Below are positions 1 through 8,062 of a stretch of 64,000 nt of DNA, in pieces. A program made the position numbers and the translations under genes. Each line of letters begins with the position of its first letter. Position 1 is the stretch's first letter. The notes below the pieces were generated by a model that made no database searches, was not told the DNA's origin, and saw nothing but the letters and a program-made list of their open reading frames with translations. Source of the stretch: Candidatus Woesearchaeota archaeon. GTDB taxonomy: Archaea > Nanobdellota > Nanobdellia > Woesearchaeales > GW2011-AR4. The stretch spans positions 1,442 through 65,441 of the forward strand of contig JACPIE010000019.1 in assembly GCA_016188245.1 (NCBI GenBank), in the 5' to 3' direction.

Positions 1-1388
1 AAGCTTTTGTTCTTTTCATTGAATTTTACATCTATGCCTTCCCTGTCTTTCCACCATTCGGCTATCTCCCCCAATGGGGCAACATATGCTTCAAGCTTTT
101 TTGCATACTCGACAGCATTTATGTATACTTCCCAGTATCCCGGATAGTCTTTTTCGTATATTGTCCTTTGGTGCCAGTCCAGCACAACAACTCCATTATT
201 TTTTTTAACTTCATCCATGAGATTTTTAGTGTCCTGCCAAGCATCTTCCTTTCCGAGATTCATTGGCCCGAAAAGTGTGCCGTCAGATGTTGTGAATGGA
301 ATCTCGAGCAGATTCAGCTTTTTATTTTCAAGAGCATCATAAGCTTTAAACGGAAAGCAGATTGAAGCCCTGAATCCGCTCATGTTTATATAGCCTGCAG
401 TTGAGTCATAGTAGAACAGCTTGTCATGAATTCTCCATGTGTAGGGAACTTCAAACCTGCCAAAATGCTGCCTGTTGCCGCTTATTTTCCCACCCAATGA
501 TTCCTCAAGAATCTCTTTTTCCTCGCTTAATTTCTTGAAATCAAGATAAGAGGTGTAGCTGCCATGCACCCCAATCTCAAAGCCCATGCTGTGCAGCTTC
601 CTGACTGCATCTTTTATCTCTTTGCTCCCGGCATCATAGTTTGGATCGAGCCTGTGCCTTCTTTTACCGCAAATATAAAAAGTTGACTTAAACCCATATT
701 TTTGCTCGAATTCCGCAACATTCAGCATCTGCCAGTATGGCTTTTTGTTTGCAATCAAAAACATGGCCATGTCAGCCAGCACAGAAAAGGCTTTTTTAAT
801 ATTCAATCCCAAAAGCAAAATTGCCGCTTTTTTAGTTTCAACTAAGCATCCTATAAAGCTGTACTTGTAAAGCACATCAACATCATGCGTCAATGAAACT
901 GCAAGCTCTTCACCTTTCGGCCAGTGCGTCTTTTTCAATATCGGAAGGCCTTGCTTTTTCAGCCCTTCAATAATCAGCCCTTCAAGATGCCTCACATAAT
1001 TGTTTATTATCGGCACTTTTATGAAATCTTTTAAGATAGTTTCAGAATGGTCAAACCTTTCATGTTTGTCTCTTTTTTTGTTGTCAATTTCCTCCTGCCT
1101 TGTTAAAAGGAAAAATGACATTGATATGATATCTATGCTAAAAACTGTGTTTTGCCCTGCTTTTTTGTAAGGCCATTTTCCAATTTTCCCTATGAAATCA
1201 TCAGAGCAGGGTATTTCTATCAGGCACTTGTGCTTTAAATCGGAATTGTTCCCATAGTAAACAGCAACCGGATAATTTTTTGCAGATTTGGCATCAATAA
1301 AATGATATTCAAAGCCCATTATGCCGAAGAGAATTTTGAGTATGTACTCGGCTTTTTCCTCTGCTTTTTCCAGGATTATTCCGATCAT
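1..1388 (-). CDS. Polysaccharide deacetylase-like protein (NodB/CE4-type); 3' end runs off the left edge of the window
   Basis: Absent from the ORF track because no stop lies inside the window. I reverse-complemented 1-1388 by hand and the frame is open throughout (MIGIILEKAEE...SLTHDVDVLYKY...GFEIGVHGSYTSY...GNRQHFGRF...EWWKDREGIDVKFNEKNKS). The HD.D and GVHG motifs resemble CE4 deacetylases. The start is ambiguous between ATG 1388 and ATG 1319. Confidence 0.6.
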   Translation of the reverse strand, partial: MIGIILEKAEEKAEYILKILFGIMGFEYHFIDAKSAKNYPVAVYYGNNSDLKHKCLIEIPCSDDFIGKIGKWPYKKAGQNTVFSIDIISMSFFLLTRQEEIDNKKRDKHERFDHSETILKDFIKVPIINNYVRHLEGLIIEGLKKQGLPILKKTHWPKGEELAVSLTHDVDVLYKYSFIGCLVETKKAAILLLGLNIKKAFSVLADMAMFLIANKKPYWQMLNVAEFEQKYGFKSTFYICGKRRHRLDPNYDAGSKEIKDAVRKLHSMGFEIGVHGSYTSYLDFKKLSEEKEILEESLGGKISGNRQHFGRFEVPYTWRIHDKLFYYDSTAGYINMSGFRASICFPFKAYDALENKKLNLLEIPFTTSDGTLFGPMNLGKEDAWQDTKNLMDEVKKNNGVVVLDWHQRTIYEKDYPGYWEVYINAVEYAKKLEAYVAPLGEIAEWWKDREGIDVKFNEKNKS

Positions 1389-1393
1389 TGCAT

Positions 1394-1537
1394 TTATATC
1401 TGACTTTTTGAGAAATGCTCGTTCAGGAGCTCTGCAATCTTTATGCATCTCTCCCTTTGCGTTAAGCCGTGCAGCTCTCCTATGTACAAAAGCTCTTTCA
1501 CTATGCTGCTGTCAGCATTGAATTTTTTGTCTTCCAT
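1394..1537 (-). CDS. Small hypothetical protein (47 aa), below the ORF-track cutoff
   Basis: Hand translation gives MEDKKFNADSSIVKELLYIGELHGLTQRERCIKIAELLNEHFSKSQI. It is preceded by ACGGAGGATAAG-ATG, a good SD. Its stop lies 5 nt before the deacetylase start. Confidence 0.35.
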   Translation of the reverse strand: MEDKKFNADSSIVKELLYIGELHGLTQRERCIKIAELLNEHFSKSQI

Positions 1538-1573
1538 CTTATCCTCCGTATTTTTTTTAGCCGGGTTTTGCAG

Positions 1574-1711
1574 CTATTTGGCAAGCTTCTTTTTCATTTG
1601 CTGCCCGCAGCACATTATGTCGCAATAATCCTCGTCACACGGCTTGCTTACAGCCACTTCAAGCCTGCAGTCCTCGCAGAAGTACACATCTCCTTTTATC
1701 ATGTTTCCCAT
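1574..1711 (-). CDS. Desulforedoxin-like small metal-binding protein (45 aa)
   Basis: Hand translation gives MGNMIKGDVYFCEDCRLEVAVSKPCDEDYCDIMCCGQQMKKKLAK. The GDVY.CE.C...V.V...CCG..M pattern matches the desulforedoxin / desulfoferrodoxin N-terminal FeS4 motif. A GAGGTGG SD lies 5 nt upstream of the ATG. Confidence 0.55.
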   Translation of the reverse strand: MGNMIKGDVYFCEDCRLEVAVSKPCDEDYCDIMCCGQQMKKKLAK

Positions 1712-1835
1712 AAGCCCACCTCAAAAATAGGGTAACATGCGTATTTAAATAATTTATTCAAACGGCAGATTGCAAAACTAAAGCACGCAGGCATTATTCT
1801 TCCAAGATTCAGCAATCCCAAGCCTTTTAGAAAAC

Positions 1836-1843
1836 TTTATATA
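1836..1843 (+). promoter_or_regulatory. TATA box (TTTATATA) for the radical-SAM operon
   Basis: The box centre lies about 28 nt upstream of the GTG start at 1868. This is the same spacing seen at many other first genes in this window, which implies a leaderless mRNA. Confidence 0.45.
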
Positions 1844-1867
1844 CCGAGCAAGCACTTTTCGCCTGCT

Positions 1868-3400
1868 GTGAAAAAGACCAAAGTGCTTTTAATTAATCCT
1901 CCTTATTTGAACAGGACAAGGAGAAAAAAAGACGTAAATGTAGTGCTTCCTTTAAGCCTGGCGTACATAGCTGCCGTCCTTGAAAAAAATGAATACAAGG
2001 TAAGTATAATAGACTCTGCAGTTGAAGGCGATATAAAAAAAGTTGAAGATGGAGTGTTTCATGTCGGGCTTTCTTTTGACGAACTCAAGGAAAAGATTAG
2101 GAAAGAATCTCCCGATGTCATAGGAGTGTCATGCCCGTTCCCGATAAGGACAAAATTTGTCATTGAAACCGCCAAGCTCATCAAGGAGCTTAATCCAAAA
2201 ATAAAAGTTTTCATCGGCGGCATCCACCCAAGCGTAAATTATGCAGATTTTCTCAAGACAGGATACATTGACTATGTGCTGATTGCAGAGGCAGAATACA
2301 CCACCCTTGAGCTTGTGAACCACATAGAGGCAGATAATACTGATGTTTCTGACATAGACGGCATTGCATATGTCGGCAGCGACGGCGAAATAAGAAAAAA
2401 TCCAAAGACAAAATTCATTAAGAACCCGAGCGAGCTTCCGTGGCCGGCAAGGCACCTTTTGAAGGTTGAAAGGTATTTTAAAAATACTGCAGTCCGATGG
2501 GACAGGAAATCAAAAAGGGAAATGTCCATAATCACGAGCAGGAGCTGCCACCAGAGATGCACATTCTGCAGCGTCCACCTTGTTGGAGGCCCGACATGGC
2601 GCCCAAGGGACCCGATTGATGTAGTCGATGAAATGGAATACCTTGTCAAAAAATACAATGCAAAAGAGATTGCGCTTGAAGACGACAACCCCACTGTCAG
2701 CAGGGAGAGGATGAAGGCAATATGCAATGAAATCATTAAAAGAAAATTGAATATATACTGGAAAGTGCCTGCAGGAGTCTCAATAAGGACTCTGGACAGG
2801 GAAGTTCTCACTCTTATGAAACAATCAGGCTGCTATTCACTGAATCTCCCGATAGAATCAGGCGATGATTACATGCTGAATGCCGTGATGAACAAGCAGC
2901 TGGCCATAGACAAGGTAAGGGAGATTGCAAAAATTGCCCACGAGCTTGGATTTATCCTTAACTCATACTTTATCATAGGCATGCCTGGCGAAACTCCGCA
3001 ATCCATAAGAAATTCCATAGAACTTGCAAAGGAGCTGCCTTTGGACAAGATTACGGTGCTGTTTCCCTCTGTGCTTCCAGGCACGGCATTTTACAACGAA
3101 TGCCTGAAAAATGACTACATTGATAAGGACGAGCACATGAAAAACCTGACAGACCACAACCTGGCACTGTTCTCGGATTACATGATTAAAATACCTACAA
3201 TGGCCCAGGAAGAGCTTGTAAAATACAGGGAGATTTTTTACAGGGAATTCACAATGTCAAAGCTCAAGAAAAGGCCATTGTCTTTCCTTTATCTGCTGAA
3301 AAGGGATCCTGCCTCAATATTCAAGCTGCCTAAAATATTGTTCAGGCACATGGTAATGCTGTCAAAGCACCTGTCATCGGCAGGCCAGAAAAGCCCGTAG
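1868..3400 (+). CDS. B12-binding (class B) radical SAM enzyme
   Basis: The 510-aa ORF carries the CX3CX2C motif (SRSCHQRCTFCS). Its N-terminal Rossmann-like region (VLLINPP...IGVSC...FIGGIHPS) is typical of the cobalamin-binding domain. The start codon is GTG. Confidence 0.85.
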   Translation: MKKTKVLLINPPYLNRTRRKKDVNVVLPLSLAYIAAVLEKNEYKVSIIDSAVEGDIKKVEDGVFHVGLSFDELKEKIRKESPDVIGVSCPFPIRTKFVIETAKLIKELNPKIKVFIGGIHPSVNYADFLKTGYIDYVLIAEAEYTTLELVNHIEADNTDVSDIDGIAYVGSDGEIRKNPKTKFIKNPSELPWPARHLLKVERYFKNTAVRWDRKSKREMSIITSRSCHQRCTFCSVHLVGGPTWRPRDPIDVVDEMEYLVKKYNAKEIALEDDNPTVSRERMKAICNEIIKRKLNIYWKVPAGVSIRTLDREVLTLMKQSGCYSLNLPIESGDDYMLNAVMNKQLAIDKVREIAKIAHELGFILNSYFIIGMPGETPQSIRNSIELAKELPLDKITVLFPSVLPGTAFYNECLKNDYIDKDEHMKNLTDHNLALFSDYMIKIPTMAQEELVKYREIFYREFTMSKLKKRPLSFLYLLKRDPASIFKLPKILFRHMVMLSKHLSSAGQKSP

Positions 3401-3463
3401 TTATTTCTTTTTTCAAAATGTTTAAGTATTCATTGGCATTTTTAAGCCTCAAATTTTGGCAAA

Positions 3464-4453
3464 ATGGAATTTAAGCTTGCATCACCGGACAAAGAAAAGT
3501 GGAACGAATTTGCAGACAGCAATAAGCATTCTTCTGTCTTCCAAAGGCATGAATTTGCGGACATTTACGGCAAAGCCAAAAACATGGGCGGAATCAGGCT
3601 TGCTGTTTCCAACATTCATGAGAAGATTCTTGCGTGCATGACTGTAAAGATAGAGTCAAAAAAATTCCTTAAGCAGCTGTCTTCAGTTGCCATAATAGAA
3701 AACGCTCCATTATACGAGGATTCCGAGCAGGGCAGGAAGGCTGCCGAGTTCCTCATCAGGCACTACAATTCCCATATCAAGAGAAAAGCCCTTTATTCAA
3801 ATGCCAAAATCGACAATAATCCCTTTCTTGAGAAGCTGTATGAATCAGAAGGGTATTCAAAAACAGCATGCCTTAATTTTGAGATAAATCTTGATAAAAA
3901 TTCCGAAACTGTATTTTTAGCAATCCATAAGTCCAGGAGAAAGAACATCAGGAGGGCAGCAAAAATAGGAATGAAAATCATAGAGTCAAATTCAGATTCA
4001 TTGCCGGAATTTTACAGCATCCTCAAGGAAACTTACGGCAAATTGGGGCTTGACGTCCCGGACATATCCTTTTTTTATGCTGCATTTGAGCTGATGCCTT
4101 CCAATGTGAAGCTTTTTTTGGGAAGGTATGGCAACAAGTTTATCGCCGGCAGAATGATACTTGCCTACAAAAAAAAGATTTTTGACTGGTATGCGGGCGC
4201 ATCCTCTCAACATCTCAACATCTTCCCGAATGACGCGATGGTGTGGCATGTGCTTGAGTACGGCTGCAGGAACGGCTATGAGCTTTTTGATTTTGGAGGC
4301 GCTGGCGTTGCAGGCCAGGAATATGGGGTAAGGGAATTCAAGAAGAGATTTGGCGGCAGGCTTGTGGAATACAATTCATTCAAAAAAGTGCACAGGCCGG
4401 TAATTGCGGGCCTTGGCAGCAGTTTTTTTTCAATTTACAGGAATCTATTTTAG
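3464..4453 (+). CDS. FemAB-family / FemX-like aminoacyl (peptidyl) transferase, GNAT-related
   Basis: The 329-aa ORF contains HKSRRKNIRRAAKIGMKI...FYSILKETYGKLGLDVP...FIAGRMILAYKKKIFDWYAGASS...WHVLEYGCRNGYELFDFGGAG. This matches the conserved core of FemAB-related acyltransferases found in exopolysaccharide loci. Confidence 0.65.
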   Translation: MEFKLASPDKEKWNEFADSNKHSSVFQRHEFADIYGKAKNMGGIRLAVSNIHEKILACMTVKIESKKFLKQLSSVAIIENAPLYEDSEQGRKAAEFLIRHYNSHIKRKALYSNAKIDNNPFLEKLYESEGYSKTACLNFEINLDKNSETVFLAIHKSRRKNIRRAAKIGMKIIESNSDSLPEFYSILKETYGKLGLDVPDISFFYAAFELMPSNVKLFLGRYGNKFIAGRMILAYKKKIFDWYAGASSQHLNIFPNDAMVWHVLEYGCRNGYELFDFGGAGVAGQEYGVREFKKRFGGRLVEYNSFKKVHRPVIAGLGSSFFSIYRNLF

Positions 4454-4458
4454 GTGCA

Positions 4459-5106
4459 ATGCAAGACAGAAAAACCGGCATAGTGGAGGATTTTGACGAC
4501 GCAACTGAAATTTTTGCAGAATGGAAGCCCTCTGAAAGGTTTGCCGGAATATTTGGCAAAAGCGTTGCGGAAGCATTGAAGCCGCTCAAGGCTAAAAACA
4601 GGATAAATGTCCTTGAAGTAGGCTGCGGCCACGGCACATGGCTCGGCTATCTGGACCGGATGGGAATTTCAAAAAAAATATCGTATGTTGGGATTGACTT
4701 CTCCCGAAAAAGGATAGAGGCTGCAAAAAAAATATTCAAAAAAAACAAAAATGCAAATTTCTTTGCAGCAGACTATCTGGAATTCCAAGACAGCAAAAAA
4801 TATGACATTGTGCTCTTTATAGAAGTATTCCAGTATGTTGACAAAAAGGACTTCGGCAAATTCCTTGAAAAGGCAAAAATCATGCTGGGAAAAAACGGAT
4901 GTGTAGTGGTAATAGACAAGGATAAGTATTCAGTGCACTCCTTAAAAATCAGCCTTGGAAAGTTTTTTAAAAAGCTGCCGCATTATTACCGCCATGTGCG
5001 CTATCCTTCATTCAGCTGCCTGGAGAGGCTGGCAAAGGTGTATGGGCTTAAGCCGGTTAAAAGGCTGAAGGCAAAGGAATTCAGCGCAATAATATTAAAA
5101 AATTAA
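4459..5106 (+). CDS. Class I SAM-dependent methyltransferase
   Basis: It has the SAM-binding motif I VLEVGCGHGTW and the acidic loop GIDFS. It lies 5 nt downstream of the FemAB-like gene. Confidence 0.8.
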   Translation: MQDRKTGIVEDFDDATEIFAEWKPSERFAGIFGKSVAEALKPLKAKNRINVLEVGCGHGTWLGYLDRMGISKKISYVGIDFSRKRIEAAKKIFKKNKNANFFAADYLEFQDSKKYDIVLFIEVFQYVDKKDFGKFLEKAKIMLGKNGCVVVIDKDKYSVHSLKISLGKFFKKLPHYYRHVRYPSFSCLERLAKVYGLKPVKRLKAKEFSAIILKN

Positions 5107-5202
5107 AATTAATTTTAACCGGCATCAGCCGATAATATTCGGGATTTTGCTGTGGACCTGGGCATAAAAGCCGATATTTTCCTCAATTTTTAAAACGTAT
5201 AA

Positions 5203-5210
5203 TTTATAAA
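5203..5210 (+). promoter_or_regulatory. Candidate TATA box (TTTATAAA) upstream of the oxidoreductase/epimerase operon
   Basis: This is the only TATA-like element in the 154-nt gap. It lies about 54 nt upstream of ATG 5261, so it would give a short 5' UTR rather than a leaderless transcript. Confidence 0.3.
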
Positions 5211-5260
5211 TATTCATCTATTATCGGGCTGCAGGATTAAAGCATGAGATTGGGCAAAAA

Positions 5261-6253
5261 ATGAACAAACTTAAAGTTGCTGTTATAGGGGCGGGGGCCA
5301 TGGGAAAAAGCCATGCAAGAGTTTACTCCGATATGCGCAATGTGGAACTAGCTGCCATCTGCGACAAGGACGTAAAATCAGCAGCCGAAACTGCAAAAAA
5401 ATACAGCACAAAGCCATTCACGGACTACAGGGAGATTGATGAAGGGATAGGTGCAGTTTCAGTATGCGTGCCAACCAGAATTCACAAGGAAGTTTCATTA
5501 TTCTTCATAAACAAGGGCATAAGTGTAATTGTCGAAAAGCCCATCGCCAGCAGCATAAGCGAGGCCAAAGAGCTCATAAAAGCAGCGAAAGAAAATAATG
5601 TAAAGCTAATGGTGGGGCATGTTGAAAGGTTTAACCCAGTAGTTGCCGAAATCAAGAAAAAAATAGAAAAGAATGAGCTTGGCAGGATATACAGCATAAG
5701 TTCATTCAGGTTCAGCCCGTTTCCCCACAGGGTCATAGATGTAGGCGTTACAATTGACCTGGCTGTGCACGACATAGACATCATAACTTTTCTCAATAGG
5801 GCAAAAATCAAAAGGATATACGCAGAGACCGGCCAAAGAATACATGCAAGCCATGAGGATATCCTCAACGCCATAATCAAATTTGACAATGATGTGGCTG
5901 GAGTAATAAGCACCAATTGGCTAACTCCGAAAAAAGTAAGGGAGCTTTGTGTCGTCGGGGAAAACGGAATGCTTGTCGCGAAATACCTGACCCAGGACCT
6001 GTACTTCTACAAAAATGAATTTGCAGAAAAAGGATTTGATTATTCAAAAGGAATTGCGAGCGTTGTTGAAGGAGACATGATAAAAATTAAGATAAGCAAT
6101 AAAGAGCCTTTGCTTGCAGAACTGGAGGAATTTGCCGGCTGCATTGCCCAGGACAGGATGCCGGCAGTGACAGGAGAAGACGGGCTCAAAGCTTTGGAGA
6201 TATCATTCAAAATATTAGATTCAGCAAAAAATAACAAGGTGGTATACTTATGA
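5261..6253 (+). CDS. Gfo/Idh/MocA-family NAD-dependent sugar oxidoreductase (WbpB-like)
   Basis: The N-terminal KVAVIGAGAMGKSHARVY Rossmann motif, EKP motif (VIVEKPIA) and GHVERFNP are all typical of this family. Confidence 0.85.
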   Translation: MNKLKVAVIGAGAMGKSHARVYSDMRNVELAAICDKDVKSAAETAKKYSTKPFTDYREIDEGIGAVSVCVPTRIHKEVSLFFINKGISVIVEKPIASSISEAKELIKAAKENNVKLMVGHVERFNPVVAEIKKKIEKNELGRIYSISSFRFSPFPHRVIDVGVTIDLAVHDIDIITFLNRAKIKRIYAETGQRIHASHEDILNAIIKFDNDVAGVISTNWLTPKKVRELCVVGENGMLVAKYLTQDLYFYKNEFAEKGFDYSKGIASVVEGDMIKIKISNKEPLLAELEEFAGCIAQDRMPAVTGEDGLKALEISFKILDSAKNNKVVYL

Positions 6254-7008
6254 AAAATGTCTTGGTCGTCGGATTGGGGGAGATAGGGGGCGCTTTATGC
6301 CAGGCAATAGAAGAGTCAGGCAGGCATAGATTATTCAAAAAAGACATCGAAAACCTGGAGACAGATGAAGACATAGATGTTATGCATGTGTGCATCCCCT
6401 ATGGCAACAACTTTGTGGATATAGTTGCTGGCTATGCCAAAAAATACAATCCTGGCCTGATTATAATAAATTCAACTGTAAGGCCGCACACTACAGATCA
6501 TATTTACAAAAAAACAGGCAAAAGCATAGTTCATTCTCCTGTAAGGGGAAAACACCCAAAGATAAAAGAAGGCCTTTTGCTTTTCATCAAGTTTATAGGG
6601 CCAATAGACGAGAAATCCGGCAAGGATGCAAAAAACCATTTTGAGTCTCTTGGAATAAAAACAGAAATTCTGAATTCGCCTATGGAAACAGAGCTCGGAA
6701 AGCTTTTTGACACAACCTACTACGGGCTATGCATAGCCTACCACCAGGATATGGAGAGGGTCTGCAAAAAATTTGACGCGGATTTTGAGCAGGTGGCCAC
6801 AAGGTTCAATGAAACCTACAATGATGGCTGCAAGATAACAAACCCAAATGTCGTAAGGCCTGTTTTGTATCCTGGATTAATAGGGGGCCACTGCGTCATG
6901 CCAAACATAAGTATACTGAAAAAAGACGTAAAATCAGATTTTCTAGATGCCATAGAGAAATCGAATGAGCTGAAGAAAAAAGAATCGGAAAAGAATGAAA
7001 ATTCTTAG
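6250..7008 (+). CDS. Short UDP-glucose/GDP-mannose dehydrogenase-like NAD-binding protein, apparently lacking the C-terminal nucleotide-sugar domain
   Basis: It has VVGLGEIGGAL at the N terminus and GLIGGHCVMPN, which aligns by eye with the catalytic-Cys motif GVGGHCIPVD of the full-length dehydrogenase at 10659-11942. It is only 252 aa. Its start overlaps the upstream gene's stop by 4 nt. Confidence 0.45.
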   Translation: MKNVLVVGLGEIGGALCQAIEESGRHRLFKKDIENLETDEDIDVMHVCIPYGNNFVDIVAGYAKKYNPGLIIINSTVRPHTTDHIYKKTGKSIVHSPVRGKHPKIKEGLLLFIKFIGPIDEKSGKDAKNHFESLGIKTEILNSPMETELGKLFDTTYYGLCIAYHQDMERVCKKFDADFEQVATRFNETYNDGCKITNPNVVRPVLYPGLIGGHCVMPNISILKKDVKSDFLDAIEKSNELKKKESEKNENS

Positions 7009-8062
7009 TGTTGTCGGGGCAAGGCCGCAATTCATCAAGCTTGCCGTTTTATCGCATGAAATAAGAAAGCACTTTGACGAAGTCATAGTCCATACCGGGC
7101 AGCATTATGATTACGAAATGTCAAGAATCTTTTTCAAGAATCTGGACATACCGGAACCGGATTATAACATGGGTGTGGGATCTATGGAGCGCAGCCTCCA
7201 GATTAAAACGATGACTGACAGCCTGGACAGAATATTCATCAGGGAAAAGCCAGATTTGGCGGTGGTTTTTGGCGATACAAACTCAACTTTAGCCGGAGCA
7301 AAGGCAGCCTTAAAATCCGGAATTAAAATTGCCCATATCGAATCCGGAATGAGAAGCTTTGACAATACAATGCCTGAAGAGATTAACAGGATAGAGACGG
7401 ACAGAATTTCTGATATCTTGTTCTGCTCGACAAAGACTGCAGTTGGCAATCTGAAAAATGAACAGATAAAAGGCAAAATTTATCTTGCCGGAGACATAAT
7501 GATTGATGCCCTTAAGGAAGGCATAAAATCAGGAGAAAAAAACTCCAGGATTTTAAAAGATTTGAATATAAAAAAAGGAATTTATATGGTTGCAACTGTG
7601 CATAGGGCTGGAAATTCAGACGACAAAAAAAAACTAAAAAATATAATTGGGGCTTTTGTTGAAAGCGGCGAAAAAATAATCTTTCCGGTGCACCCCAGGA
7701 CAGCCAAGGCCATGCAATCCTGCGGCATTGGCAGGAAATTTGAAAATACAAATGTGATTGCCATAAGACCATTAAGCTATACAGACATGCTCGTTCTTGA
7801 GAAAAATGCCAAAAAAATATTGACAGACTCAGGAGGCGTGCAGAAAGAGGCATACTTCTTCAAAGTCCCGTGCATCACCCTGAGGGACAGCACAGAATGG
7901 GTCGAAACTGTAAATGACGGCTGGAACATGCTTGTTGGGGCAGACAAGCCTAAAATACTAGACGCAATGAAAAAATTCAATCCAAAAGGAAAACAAAGAG
8001 AGAACTATGGCGGCGGGAGTTCAGTCAAAAACATAATAAACATACTTAAAAAAATCATCTAG
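6995..8062 (+). CDS. wecB: UDP-N-acetylglucosamine 2-epimerase (non-hydrolysing)
   Basis: The motifs MKILSVVGARPQFIKLA, HTGQHYDYEMS, VVFGDTNSTLAGA, HIESGMRSFD and LTDSGGVQKEA are classic for the family. Confidence 0.9.
   Translation: MKILSVVGARPQFIKLAVLSHEIRKHFDEVIVHTGQHYDYEMSRIFFKNLDIPEPDYNMGVGSMERSLQIKTMTDSLDRIFIREKPDLAVVFGDTNSTLAGAKAALKSGIKIAHIESGMRSFDNTMPEEINRIETDRISDILFCSTKTAVGNLKNEQIKGKIYLAGDIMIDALKEGIKSGEKNSRILKDLNIKKGIYMVATVHRAGNSDDKKKLKNIIGAFVESGEKIIFPVHPRTAKAMQSCGIGRKFENTNVIAIRPLSYTDMLVLEKNAKKILTDSGGVQKEAYFFKVPCITLRDSTEWVETVNDGWNMLVGADKPKILDAMKKFNPKGKQRENYGGGSSVKNIINILKKII

Noticed and set aside
2129-2811. Antisense or alternative-frame ORFs inside confident genes. Examples are 2129-2455, 2272-2811, 5482-5916, 11584-11862, 21301-21732, 32165-32668, 45859-46251, 48640-49122, 58245-58700 and 62353-62814.
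   Set aside because: All lie entirely within longer ORFs that have clear family motifs. Their products are low-complexity or hydrophobic shadow translations with no recognisable motifs or expression signals.
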